DNA of 64,000 nucleotides from Kudoa neothunni (taxonomy: Eukaryota > Animalia > Cnidaria). Below are positions 1 to 13,001 of this stretch, piece by piece (within the stretch, counting starts at the first letter, position 1; each line of letters opens with the position of its first letter). The notes beneath the pieces were generated by a model. That model had not been told where the DNA came from. It did not search any database and saw only the letters and a list, made by a program, of their open reading frames with translations. Position numbers and translations under genes: made by a program. The stretch lies in the NCBI GenBank assembly GCA_964304625.1, contig OZ199839.1:11636578-11700577 (forward strand), given 5' to 3'.

Positions 1-810
1 TATTCGAATACCATACATATGTATGGAAACGCAGACACAAAGTGTTACCAAACAGCAATCTTAACACAATTTGTTGGATTAAATTAAAACAGATCAAAAA
101 TCACAATGAATAACTCCAATTATGAAGGTGAATTTCGCACAATCTAGATCTGTGACCTGAGACGCCAGCATATACACAAGAATCATTGACACCAGCAAAT
201 ATTGTGCACAGCAAGTGTGATAAAACACGCCCAATGGAGTCATATATCGAACTATAAACAGTTAGTGTAAGAAAAACGAAAACAGAATAAAAATCACTGA
301 ATGTTGACACGAGAGGAGCAAAGAGTAGCGAACCTTCTACACAGCTAACTACAGTAAAATATAATGAAGAAGAACATTCAATACGGTTCTTACTCACCTA
401 TTCTCGTGTAACCTAAACGTAGAGAATAGAGCGTTATTCAAAAAATTAACTCAAAATCTGATACCTTGGTTGTTTTCCATATGATCAGCGTCTAAAAGGT
501 TGTAATCTATCTGTATACCTCCAGAAAAATCAAAATATTTACATATGTATTCAAACATGGATTTGCTGTAGTAGCAAATGTAGGCATCACTAATTTTTTG
601 ATGTTTCTTGCATAAAGCAATGGATCCCAAGATAGATGGAACCTTTGCTGTGGTTGTGTTCTTGTCGAAAGGGGGATAAATGAAATTTTGTGAAAAGCAA
701 CCCACCACAAAGATAAATATATTGATAGAGTAGCACACTAATGCCACTATGGATAGTAGTTGCTTTCTCTTGACAAGTTTAACGTTATAAACCCTTTCAG
801 CTGGAAACAT
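1..810 (-). CDS. Claudin/PMP22-superfamily-like four-TM protein, paralog 1 (multi-exon; 3' end runs off the window)
   Basis: Manual splicing with phase-1 GT-AG introns gives MFPAERV...LLSIVALVCYSINIFIFVVGCFSQN (TM1)...LGSIALC..YIC../GYTRI/VSCVEGSLLFAPLVSTF/IRYMTPLGVFYHTCCAQYLLVSMILVYMLASQV..FTFIIGVIH/YCCLVTLCVCVSIHMYGIR. Most intron positions match paralogs 2 and 3. Start codon uncertain. Confidence 0.65.
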
Positions 811-2876
811 TAAACTATTTAATATTAGATAAGCTGATTTCTATTTAATTTTAGCCTATGGAGAATGTTTGTTTTGGGCAGATTTGCCTCTGATTATATG
901 ATACGTTCCTAATACAAGACAGTTATTCCAATTTTATCGTTTTAAAAATTTGGACGCAATCATTCTTTAGTAAATTTAATAATGGCTTGAGAATTAATTA
1001 TTTTTTGCACTAAAATTTTTAAATATATATGATAGATGTTAGTTTATATAAAGATGATTAAAATACGTAGAGATTAAGTATTTTTTTTTATTAATTTCAT
1101 TATGATCCAACAGTTTATTGCTTGAAATATAAGCTTTTAATTGTTATTATTGAGAATTAGAATTTAATATTTATACATAAATTACTGTTTCAATTTTAAT
1201 ATAAAGTATCAACTTTTGTCTTGGTTGATTAAATAAAATAAACTATATATTATTTATAGTAATTATTTAATATATTTTCTCACATAATAATGATTATTTG
1301 AATATGAACTTTTAGTATTAATTTGGCTTGATGAGCGAAAATAATTTAAAAACTATTTTTAACGATAGATATCGACGAAATAATGGATTAATCTCATAAA
1401 CACTTTTTGTAAAGTTCGGAGAGATTATCGCACTTATTTGATTGATATGATAATTCTAAAATTCCGCGCTTAATAAAGTTAAATAATATATGAAAAAACA
1501 ACAAATTTGTTGATAATAAGAAGGAAACGTGCAAAATTAAAAAAACTATAAATCTAATTTATCGTATGCCTGGTGGCGATTTTCCTTTAACAGAATGACA
1601 AAAATCAATGTAGGTATCAAACGAAAGGCCAAACACATCCAAAATATTGCGAACGAATACCCAATGTTCGAACCATCTATCAGCTTTTTTGAATGAGAAA
1701 TTTGATTTGTGATAATTACATTATTTATTATGGAAATTAAACCTAATATAATATAATTAATATAATATAACTAATATAATATAATAAAAATAATATATCA
1801 GAAGAAATGGCTATCAGAACGATTTACATAATCCGAGAGAACAAAGAGTCACAATTTCGTATCTCATTCCAGCCAATGTTGCAACCAAGACGAATATATC
1901 CAAGATTATATAGATTAGAAACAAAATATGGAATGTTGCTCCAATTTTTGAAAGGCATTTAACTAATGAAAAATTAGATATTATGGGGACGTAATATCAG
2001 ATACAGAATCTGTGATCGAGCTTTACAAACAAAAATAATTGTCCCTTGGAGACCTCTAAGATTATAATTATTAATAAAAATTTTTATGATAATCTTTATT
2101 TAGTTATTGTAAAATAGAGTAATATCTACAAAGTGGAAGTTAATATAATATGATAAATATCTGCTGTATTTAGACACTTACTTGTATATTTTGAAAAATA
2201 ATCTTTTGTAACATTTCGCGCGTCACAAACTAAAAATATGGTCAACAATATTAGAAATCGATATTCTAGATGTTTTGACCTCCAAATGAGAACATGGAAC
2301 TTTTATAGTAACAATCGATATAGTTGTTTCCATCGAATCCTTTGCATGTAGTCAATGTCCCGTATATCTGTATTTCTTGGACATTATAGCCGTCGGAGTG
2401 TTTTAATATGAGGGTTTGATTAAAATACGCAAGGAATATTAATATGAATTCAATTAATTCGCATATTAGAGCGAGTGGAACATAATAAATTCTTATCTAA
2501 AATAGTGTCAACAAAATAACGAAATATATTGTTATACCTTTTCTAAACCATGCGCCATATCTGCGTCAGTTAAATTTCAATGGATTTTTAAAGCTTATTA
2601 ATATTAATAATTTCCGAATCCATTGATATGATTACGAAATGAAATAAATCAAAAGTTAAATATGCGATAATTAAGATTTTTAATCTTTTTCCATTAAAAA
2701 ATAGAAAAATGTTATAATTTTGGGATAGTAATCATAGTGACAACATAATATTCGTTCCTTTTGATATTACAAAAGTTAACAAATTTTTGGATAATCATTA
2801 AAATTTTTAATGTGCCGCTAACGACTATCACGTGAGCGTCAAAGTCTAAGATAAAGCATGTTGGAATAAATTGAAA

Positions 2877-2880
<4 letters not shown>

Positions 2881-2911
<31 letters not shown>
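2881..2911. repeat. (TA)n microsatellite; others at ~7592-7617, 11569-11586, 12965-12994, 23719-23755, 46786-46806
   Basis: Direct reading of the sequence. Confidence 0.9.
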
Positions 2912-2913
<2 letters not shown>

Positions 2914-5886
2914 AAGAATCGAGGATTATATAATAAATTGTGTTAAGATTGTTGCAACTATTATTCATAACACTATGATCAAAAATACAACAGTAATCTT
3001 CTTCGAGATAATAGTAGTTTATATATATAATAAAGTAATTAACCACTATCTTGAGGATTCTAATGCTTGATAATTAAAGGTCCTTATTTTGTATTAATAG
3101 AATCCCATAGATATTCTAACAAATTGTTTATTTATTTTTAATGATTTAACAAATAAAACCTGGTAAAAAAAATTGAAAATAATATTTTTTTATATTTTTA
3201 GCAAATAGATTGTTAAGAATTAGATTAGATAATACACTGACAGACCATTTAAATTAGAAAATAAGCAATCTTACCAACAATAAAATATTATCATTGTTAT
3301 TTATGCGATTTTTTAATTTGGATAATGTTTAAATAATTTTCTCGCTCATATCTTTATGGCGGACAAATAAGAAATGTTCCAGAATATTTTTAAATATTAT
3401 TAAAATTTCATTTGGTTGTAAGAAGTATTCTAGAATAAAAATATCATCACGCTATTATTAATCTAATTTTCAGTCAGTTATTATTTGTTAAATTCAAATA
3501 TTGAATCTTCAGTATGTGATTGTTTATTTTAACGATATGTGAAAATAATATTTATGGTGGTGGCCATGATAGAGTTTAACATTCTCAAAAATAATGGTAT
3601 AAATTTTGATATTATTAAATAACTTAATATAATTAATATGAAAATAATAAATATCACAATCAGTAATTTTTATTTTAGTGGCAAATATAACTTAATAACT
3701 ATATTCAGTTAATAAATACTAATAGTCTATTTAAAATGGGTTTTAATAAACTTCATGTATTGATTACATAGATCTTAACAATATTGGATTAAAGCTTACT
3801 TATATAATTAAAATAATGCATTATTTGTAAGATTAACAATTTCGAAAAATAAATATAAATGTTAGAGAAAAATTTTATAAATCAATAAATGCGGATATTT
3901 ACTCGACTTTTTGATTATTTTCTATTAAAAGATATAATAAACAAATAAACGTATGTAATTATGAAACATAATTCAGCCAATATAGTGATTATTAAATTTT
4001 TATACATAAGTAAATATTTTACAAAAATAATATTAACGAATATATTTCTCACATTAACATCCCCATACCGTGCAATTCTAAATTGAATTTGCTTATAAGG
4101 TGTAAATCTTTTAATTCAAATATATTGTGATTGATATAAAAATGATGAGCAGATTGATAATGTCATTTTTCTTTTTTTTAAATTATGTTAGGATGTAGAC
4201 ATTTCGAACCCATTAAACCCACAATAAATATTAGTATTAAACGTGATAATAGAAAATTTTGTGAATTGTAAAGAATGGTTTTTAAATCAATTAAATAAAA
4301 ATTTTATATAACTTGATAAAATAAAATTAAATCGAACTAAAAACTAAAAAAACTCAAAATATTCTAATTTAGTTGTACTTTCTTAAAATTACTGACTCTT
4401 AATAATGACAATATTCAAAATTTTATCAAAATATAGATAAAATATTACCGAAATTAATCATCAAACCCACGAGAATAAATCTAATAGTTTCCATTTTGTT
4501 TCTACAATTATGATACATTGTATAAATTGAAGTTTTTGTTATAAAATTTGATGTGGTTATCGTCGCACCTGATTATTTAGCTTTGTTAATCTAATCTGTA
4601 TTTAAAAGTAAAATTTAAAGGAAAGGACAACTTTTTATACTAAACATTGATAGTGAATATAAATAAATATTTGAATTAAAAATTCTTTCCTCTCTTTTCA
4701 AATAAATTACAATTTTAATTACACACAATTACAATTGTTTAAATAAATCCATGCTCAATCACTATAAATTGGCTTTAGAATATGGAAAAAATAATAAATA
4801 AAATTAAATATTATTTATAGATACATTAACTACGATTATATCTAAATCGTGGTCGTTATGATGATTATTTTTATAATAATTAAAAGACTTAAAAGTAATC
4901 AGATTATTTTTTAAATGACTTTTCAAATGGTTTATGATAAATTAAAAGATACATTGATGATTTTTTAAGTTAAAATGTAAATCGATTAAAAATTTATTTT
5001 ATCAAACCTAATAATATTTCGAGAAAAAACTTTATCCATATTTAAAAACACCTAATGGTAATTTTCATCTCAGAGTTAAATTTATATAAATACCTCTCGT
5101 GTATTGTATATTTAAATTGGGTCCAAAAAATCACATATAGACATAACGAAGTTGCTGGAGACTATAACTAATAATTAAATTTACGGCGCCTTCTCCACCT
5201 AATTAAGCTAACTTCACATTATTTTACTGTCGGGCCTGAACGGTCTTGCGTGTGTTTATTCTGAGTTTCAATGAGCGTGATTAAAAACGCAACAGGAGTC
5301 ATACATTAATTTATATAGTATAACTAGTTGTTTAATTTTGATTCGTAACAATATTCCGATCATAATTTTATGATATATACATTATTAAGCAGGTTATACA
5401 TGGTATAGTTTTAATAACAGCATGTGTTTAAATTATAATTTTTAAAAAATTAAACAAAATAAAAAAATCGTCCACTTTTATAAGTCTTGATACAATATAA
5501 AACTAATAAATATTATTTTCCATAAAGAATTATGCCTTAATTCATAAAAAAGAGGAATATGACGTACATTTAATTAATAATATTTTAAAAATAAAAGTAA
5601 ATATAAAATATATTAAAATTTTCTCGTAATAACAGAGGATGGTAATTTTTTCAAATTAATCGTGGTCTTAGTATTTATTTACGAGTATTTTATTTTTGTA
5701 TCAATGAAACTAAAAATACAATTCTAATTTATACCTCATTTTTATATTTAATTTCATGTATTGCGACATAAATACAAAATTTCAATGTTTTACATCTTTG
5801 GCTTCAGAATAACAAACGATAATATCCGTAACAGATTAATCATCATTTAGAGTGGAATATTTCATGAAATACTTAAATAAATTTAA

Positions 5887-5963
5887 CCCTACCGATACTG
5901 AGTACTGAGTACTGGGTACTGGGTACTGACTACTGACTACTGACTCGGGTATTTTAAGACCCC
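5887..5963 (+). repeat. piggyBac-like terminus carrying a 7-bp minisatellite (TACTG-NN x7)
   Basis: TTAA-CCCT start, then tactgag x2, tactggg x2, tactgac x3, then cgggtattttaagacccc, which resembles the cgggtctaatagacc subterminal motif at 34436. Confidence 0.5.
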
Positions 5964-6345
5964 AAATTGACTATTTTATTTCTATATTGAGTGCATTTCT
6001 ATCTGATAATAGAATTTATAATTTACCGGCTAAAGATTTATTCACAAAATAAGACATAGTTTTCCTTATTTCATTTAATACTTGTATTTTTTCTAAACCT
6101 CATACATTTATTAAAAAATGCGAATCATGAAAAGAAATATTTATTAAAAAATATTGTTATTGGTTAACTATAATTAATCCGACTAACCATTCAATTTGTT
6201 TTCGCCTTCGCATATTGGGGTAACAATATTTCTCATAAATTTTTCGCTTTTCTTGGATTTTAGTACGAGTCCTAACAACAATTTAAAGATTTAGAAAACT
6301 CTTTAATTGTTAGTATAAGAGTTATAACCAAAGTCAACTAATGCA

Positions 6346-6420
6346 CGATCAATAGCACAGCGGAATGGTGCCATTGTCTTTTGAGCTAGGGCTCATAGGT
6401 TAGAACCTCGTCCGCGACCA
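6346..6420 (+). pseudogene. Degenerate tRNA / tRNA-derived SINE head
   Basis: A-box-like TAGCACAGCGG, B-box-like GGTTAGAACCT and 3' end ...CCGCGACCA at tRNA spacing. The acceptor and anticodon stems are broken. Confidence 0.45.
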
Positions 6421-7060
6421 TTCATTACATCTATCTGAAAAGGCATATCATAAAGAAATATGATATGCATTTTCGTCTCATAAAATATCGATTCATTTTA
6501 TAATAACACTAGTCTTAAATTTTACTATCACCCATTAATGGATGTATTTGGAGTTTACTGCGTAGATGTTCATTCATCCTATTTGATGATGTAAATCAAC
6601 GTTATTGTTTGTTTAAGGAGTGTATAGTATACCTTTGTGGCTTTAGTTTAACATTATACCAATAAGGTTGTTGATAAATAAATTCATGTAAATACCTCCA
6701 GAAACAGAAATCCGCTGCATATTTGCCATGGAATTGATAAGCTGAGTGTATTGTTTAAAATATATAAAATTAAATAAGCTTAAAGCGTATTTCGTCTGGG
6801 ATCAAGAAATACCGCATTCAGGCACACGCGTTTAGTTTCGGAAACTGATACAGGGAAAGTTAAATACTACATGGATCCTCAGAATTTGTTTATGATGTAT
6901 AATAGTAATGTTTTTAAGAAATCAGCATCATTAAGATGAACTAATATGCCAGAGTTGATAAAATACATTCCCTCCGATATCAAAATATAACAATATTGAT
7001 CGTGATATAATTATAATGTGAAGAATGCATCTAAAACTTAAAGTTTTAGAATTGTAATTA

Positions 7061-7586
7061 TTAAAAGTTCATCTGATCTGATCTTCTGAATCCCAATTCA
7101 TTCCTTTGAAAAACGATTAAACAAAAGTATATGGTGGGAATGATGCGAAGGAGAAAGCAAATCCAGAACATAATAAATGAGTTTCCAGGGGAAGATTGTT
7201 CGGAAGCCTCCAAATGAATACGAAGTATATGTGTAAGGATACCATTATTTATTAATAATAGTAGACCTTAAAGTTGTGTTAAAAAAAAGAATTAATTTAA
7301 AAAAATTTACACAATCCAAGAGAAAAGATGACAATGACATACAATTTTGATCCCGTAATGGTTACATAGATTGTCGCAACTATAACAAATGAAATCAGCG
7401 CCACATAAAGGAAGAACAATGCGTGGAATACGTAACCAACATTGGCGAGACAATGATCTAACCAATGTAAATCATGTTTATAATAACGAATCAATACAGA
7501 ATCCAAGGTTTGGGGGCACAAACAAGAACATCTCATGGCCATAGATGTCTAGAAAAATTTATATAGTCTGATAGTAATAAAAAATT

Positions 7587-7617
<31 letters not shown>

Positions 7618-8015
7618 TGTTTTTAATTGAATTAAATATAACAAGAAAAATTCGTTTGAGCAAAAAATGAATATGAAATTTTTTCTTACTGTAAAGCGTT
7701 GGAGAAACTCCATTCTTTACATCAACTTCGCACACTAAAATGGTAACTACCATGACCAGATTTGAAAAAATGATAGTGTTTACTTTGTAAGGAAAATAAT
7801 GATCCGCCAGTGACGCAAGTAAATACAGCTCGCATACCTGGGGGTCCAGTGCATCCGCTTAAGATTCCAGAAATGAGGACCTGGTTGCTATATAAATCTC
7901 TATGTTGAATAACCAGAAGATTTTGGTTAAAGTAGGCCAGCAATATCAGAATAAGTTCAATAAACATAATAAATATGGAGACAAATTGTAAAACAATTTT
8001 TAACTTAATTAACAT
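7061..8015 (-). CDS. Claudin/PMP22-superfamily-like four-TM protein, paralog 2 (5 exons)
   Basis: Spliced: MLIKLKIVLQFVSIFIMFIELILILLAYFNQN..SGILSGC..TCVTGGSLFSLQ/MCEVDVKNGVSPTLY/NIYGHEMFLFVPPNLGF/YHCLANVGYVFHALFFLYVALISFVIVATIY..VIFSLGL/CLLLLINNGILTHILR..PGNSFIMFWICFLLRIIPTIYFCLIVFQRNELGFRRSDQMNF*. All introns phase 1; four hydrophobic helices; Cys-containing first loop; stop at 7061-7063. Confidence 0.75.
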
Positions 8016-9370
8016 GATTGTTATTATTATTGAGAAAAATCTAACAATACATGTTCAGAATAAATTCCCATAGTTCTTTCTCGAAGATATTCTTTAATAC
8101 TCAATAAAGATTATCAAATACAAAGTAAATAATTTGATGTAAAAGAGATTACCGAACCTTTTATAACCTTATTTATAAATTATTTTTATATAAATAAAAT
8201 AAATAAATCTTTTGTGCTAATTAAAAAAATATAATAAACATTTGTAGTTGGCTTATAAGCCAAATAACTAATGGATCACATTTTATGCCTATTTTCGGAT
8301 ATATTATTTAAACTTTTTCCAACAATTTTGGTATGGAAGTGCCTATTGGCACGATAAATAATATTCAAGTGGTATTAGTTTTGACTATCTTTAATTATTT
8401 TTGCCCCTAAGAGCTAAGACCGGAGCATTGGGCCAGAATAATTAAATATAGCAGATTCTAAAAAAGTAAATCTGTAATCAGTTTATAAGTTGGAGTTGCT
8501 GAGATTTAAAATTCTATCTGCGCATGCGCACATGTCGTTAGGATTAAATTTTATCGTACCAATTGCCTTTCCCTTTTTTTATAGTAATACACGCGTATTT
8601 ATGAAATTGTTCTAAATGTCAAATTTCGAATATATGTATTTATTTAATTCTATACTTAGTGAAAAGTGGAATTTTGCCCGATTAATAATCGATAATGCTA
8701 TCTGTAATATTATAATTCATTTTCGATTTGATCAACTACAATTACAATGATTTCGATTAGAAATAAATTTTTTTAACTGTTGGCCGGCAAATAATCACAA
8801 AAATATATGTATCTTTTTTGACTTAAATTCGGCGCACAAATGTATTCTGCATGCTATCACGTCCAACTTCACGAATTAACACCGTCGTGATGTTACGAGG
8901 GTAACATATCGTTTTAATAATGAAATCTTTTAAGTATTTGATCAGCGAAAATTTTGAAAATGTATGGCTTGCTCTATACACTATAAAAGTTATTTCTTAG
9001 TTCACATTTCCCATTTTCGATGTTGAAATAGTAGGACATAAATAAATGCATAACCATGTGGAAATTTATGTAAATAATTAATTACATTTTCAAATTTATC
9101 ATCCAATTTTTAGTAATATAATAATCATTGGTTATAATGCGAAATGGTGACCGAATTTTCAGATTATAGATTATAATCAGTTCGAATATTAATTTCATTT
9201 TATTAAACCCGGGTTAGCGTTATATTTATTCTATAATATTTGCCAGAAATGACTTATTTTCATTCAATATAATATTTTTGATATTATGGTTACACATTTA
9301 CTACAAATGAACACCTAATCCTCGCATAAAATACGAATTCCTTTTTCTTATAGACATAGATTAAATAATA

Positions 9371-10753
9371 TAGGGTTTTCCGAGCTTTAGTGACATCATG
9401 TCAAGCATTAGTGACACGGTATTTAAGATAGCTATATATAATTAGGTAAAAAAATACGAAAATATTACTTTAAATTTCGAATGAACAACAAATAATAATT
9501 TGGGGAATTTGAAAAAGATATCCAAACACTATCGTATAATTTATACTTATTCTAAAATAATTTCTCGGTTCAAACATCTGCTGATATATCGAAGCATTTT
9601 TCGATAATAATTTGAGCTGTCGTTGGTGGAAATAACTTTGAAACCATCATCTATTAAATTTAAAAGGTCGCTTTCATTTCTCGCATGTCCTCTCACAACA
9701 TGGTTTTTCCATTTGCTGAAAACATTTTCAATTGGATTCATGAAGGGTGAATACGGAGGTAGATACATCAACGTTAGTTGTAACGTTGCTAAAATTTCGC
9801 TAAGTCCCCGATAATGATGTATCCTTGCATTATCGAGTATGAAGCATGGATCTTCAATTTCCAAAGAACGGCACAAATCTGCCAACTCAATGAGGAACTC
9901 TTTAAAATCTTCGCCATTTACTGGTCTTCGATTTATTTTATATAGCACCATGCCATACTTATTCATCGCTGCGATGACGGATATGTTCCTTGACTTGACG
10001 GCTTTCACGTTTACATATGCTGATGTACCAACAAGCGAACGACCCTGTCTTGTACGTGACGATACATTAAAACCAACTTCGTCAATAAAAACAAAGTTGC
10101 TGCCTTCTGCCTCAAGCAATTTTGAATTGAACTCTTGGGCGTACACAAAACGTTTTTCCACTGTATCGTCAGAGTTTCTTCGTTCAGGAACAATGGTGAG
10201 CATTTTTAAAGAATAATGGAATTCTTTAAGGCATCTATTTATTGTGCTAACGCTAACACTCACGCCACATTCGTCTAATAATTTTTGACGAAGAGTCTTA
10301 AGGGTAATGGTGGCGTCCTCATCCACCCAACTTCTAATACGCAACTTTTGATCTTCATTTAGTTTTGAAGAAAAGTCACCACCCCTTTTTAATGACTTTT
10401 CTTTCCCATCAAGAAGATACGATTTTACAATTGAAGCAACAGTTTGTCGCTTAATTCCAACATTTTCAGCGATGACGGCGTTACTGTAACCCAATTCGCA
10501 CTGATTAGCAATCATTTTCCTATCTCGGTCACTTATTGTTTGTCTCTTAAATTTGGTTCGAGTTGTCATTTGAGAATCGTCGCTATTATCTGTTTTTAAA
10601 GTTCATAAATATTAAACTAACGTGTAATGTTAAATTTATACCACTCATATTATTTTTATTCGATTAATTTACAATGTGAACGTAATTATAAGCTTAAATT
10701 ACGCACGTGTCACTAAAGCTTGACATGATGTCACTAAAGCTCGAAAAACCCTA
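9371..10753 (-). mobile_element. Intact IS630-Tc1-mariner (DD34E) DNA transposon
   Basis: 48-bp TIRs (9371-9418 and 10706-10753, 2 mismatches), each with an internal direct repeat (agc[t/a]ttagtgaca x2), flanked by TA on both sides and enclosing a single uninterrupted transposase ORF. Confidence 0.95.
9547..10569 (-). CDS. Tc1/IS630-family DD34E transposase, 340 aa
   Basis: N-terminal HTH domains, then FIDEVGF ... ILDNARIHH ... LPPYSPFMNPIENVFSKWK with 34 residues between the second D and the E; intronless. Confidence 0.95.
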   Translation of the reverse strand: MTTRTKFKRQTISDRDRKMIANQCELGYSNAVIAENVGIKRQTVASIVKSYLLDGKEKSLKRGGDFSSKLNEDQKLRIRSWVDEDATITLKTLRQKLLDECGVSVSVSTINRCLKEFHYSLKMLTIVPERRNSDDTVEKRFVYAQEFNSKLLEAEGSNFVFIDEVGFNVSSRTRQGRSLVGTSAYVNVKAVKSRNISVIAAMNKYGMVLYKINRRPVNGEDFKEFLIELADLCRSLEIEDPCFILDNARIHHYRGLSEILATLQLTLMYLPPYSPFMNPIENVFSKWKNHVVRGHARNESDLLNLIDDGFKVISTNDSSNYYRKMLRYISRCLNREIILE

Positions 10754-10929
10754 TAAGCAATCGCTAAGGAAGAAATATGATAGTCCAACAGAATTAGAGT
10801 GGTCCGACGTCAATTCTACAACACAGAGCATGCTTTATTTGGTCAACTTAATTGGTGGTATAACCAGTCGAAATAATCGCGAGGGCTAGGAATTTTCTGC
10901 ATTAATAGATTACTGCAAATGCTATTGTG

Positions 10930-11400
10930 GTGTCGAATAGCGGTTGCCCAAAGCACCCTACTGATGGCGCCACGCTGATAAATACTCATTATTAAAATAT
11001 TCCACGGGGTCGTTTTTGAATGTTGTTGTTGATTTGGATTACGGCCAATATGATACCTTATTGACCTTAATATTTTTCAGTTAAATATTTCATTTAATAT
11101 TATTGTGGGAACGGTAGTAGATATTTCTACGGCATCAAAGCAATAATGTCCTATCTCTATCTTATCGTGGACGGCACCTATCTTAACTAATATACAGTTA
11201 TTGCTAACTAATTTTATAAACCTCTTCATTTCAGTCTCTTCGTGTTGTATATTTGAAGTGATAGTTTCCAGCGTTTACATTAATGCAATGGTACATTCGG
11301 TTCCTTTTGATGTACATAATGCGAGGTTATTTTTGGAATATTTTTATATGTTCCTTCTCCATAGAAATGACTTTGATTTACGAAGAGCACTCAATTACTC
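10930..11400 (-). mobile_element. Penelope-like retroelement RT relic
   Basis: Decayed motifs in the expected order on the minus strand: HFYG (cf. xYGLPKxHK), CFDAVEISTTVP (cf. SFDVxSLFTNVP), FNNEY..Q.GALGN (cf. FNxxxYxQxxGxAMGSP). Several stops. Confidence 0.45.
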
Positions 11401-12407
11401 GGTCCTATAGATTTTAAATGTGTTATCAAATATTTAGGAGGTTGTTGTTGGATTAAGTTAACATATGGAAAAATTCAATAATTTATGAACAGTTTCGTAC
11501 CTTAAAATCAACCAATAGGCGTTTATTTTCTTGAAAACAGAAGAATATTTATATTTATGATAGTAGTAATATATATATATATATATTACTAGAATATTTA
11601 ATCAGGAATCATGTCTAAGTGATTGTCGTCAAATGGAATAAATATAAAATAGCTATGCCTTTGAAATATTGTTTTTTAACTGACAGCATGGATGGATTGT
11701 CTCTGTTTGACTAATGTATCTTTCTTCTTTAAGAAAAAGGGTTATAATTCAGAGATTGTAATTTTTATATTAATAATATAGTTTATATATATTGATTTTA
11801 TAATTTGTCTGATATCGTAAGACAATTTTAATTAAATTTTGAATTATTTATTATTTTAATATGTATCTATGCGATTATAAATAATAGTTCCAATCGTTGA
11901 GTCATGAGATGTTGAAGAGAATATTCAAGGTTCCCAAACTAGCCACTGCAAATTGACATGGACGATAAAGTTTTGTTTTTATTCTATGCATTTTAGAAAT
12001 ATTTTTTTTAACTCAAAATAAAATATAAACCATAATATTAAAATTATAACATTAGCCCGTTTTTTATTGATATTATTATTTTCGAATTTTTATAAAAATA
12101 AACGTCTCGCTGAAAGTGAAACTTTGGCATTCACACAGAATAATATTCACATAGAATAAGAATGGGAAAGCACCGATTTAATAAATAAATATCGATCATT
12201 ACAGCAAATATAAAAATAAAGGATAAGGAGAAATTTTATAAATAAATTGGTTTACATCACCTTATTCCTCTAAAATTTTAAACTTTAATAACATTAGTTA
12301 TGACCTAGAAATCATCACATGAAAATCAAATTAACATATTCGAATAACTAGACTAGCTGAAAGAAAATTAGTGGTCAAAAAGTAACAATTTAGAGGTTGG
12401 GGTTCGA

Positions 12408-12960
12408 TTACATTGGGGCATCAACATCCACAAAATCCTCCGTTTCATCATATTTTTCATACTCATATTCAGATTTTCGGAAAGCCATCAAACCGAACAC
12501 CATGGCAGCAAACAAAGGAAATATTAAACACACCCAAAACATCATAAATGACCATCCAACCCACGAACCTTCCATAATTTTTATTTGCAATATTACTTGG
12601 CGTGTGATAACAATATTATCGATGAGAAGCAGCACACCTAAAAATAAATAAATAAATCTATACAATTATCATATAAATTTAAATATCACATGAAAAAACA
12701 CAACCGATTGCCAAAAGTATCTTATTATAACGAAATTTAGTTGAAACGATCGCTGAAATTATGACCGCAATAATAAGTAATTGGTTTAGGAGGAAAACAA
12801 TATGGAATAATTTTTCTGCCTTTGGGAAACATCTGACTAAAATATACTCGAAAAAATCAACAAAATCACAATAATACAATGTCTTCCGTTCAAGGAAATA
12901 AACAGAAACAACATTCCACCAACGTAAGCTAAATATTTCGTTACAAAATCTGAATGTAAT

Positions 12961-13001
<41 letters not shown>

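Noticed and set aside
2846-3046. 66-aa ORF with YIYIYI, and similar short ORFs (11201, 17014, 20218, 22909, 23351, 32073, 50389, 53825, 60008, 61614)
   Set aside because: Low-complexity AT-rich, microsatellite or transposon-antisense frames without splice or domain support.
6346-6420. Functional tRNA gene
   Set aside because: Acceptor and anticodon stems do not pair and the B-box is mutated; kept only as a pseudogene/SINE head.
6480-7010. Possible further Penelope-like relic
   Set aside because: Motif similarity is too weak to call.
9623-10216. Plus-strand ORFs (63 and 125 aa) and a short alternative-frame ORF inside the Tc1 element
   Set aside because: Shadow frames of the transposase with no independent features.
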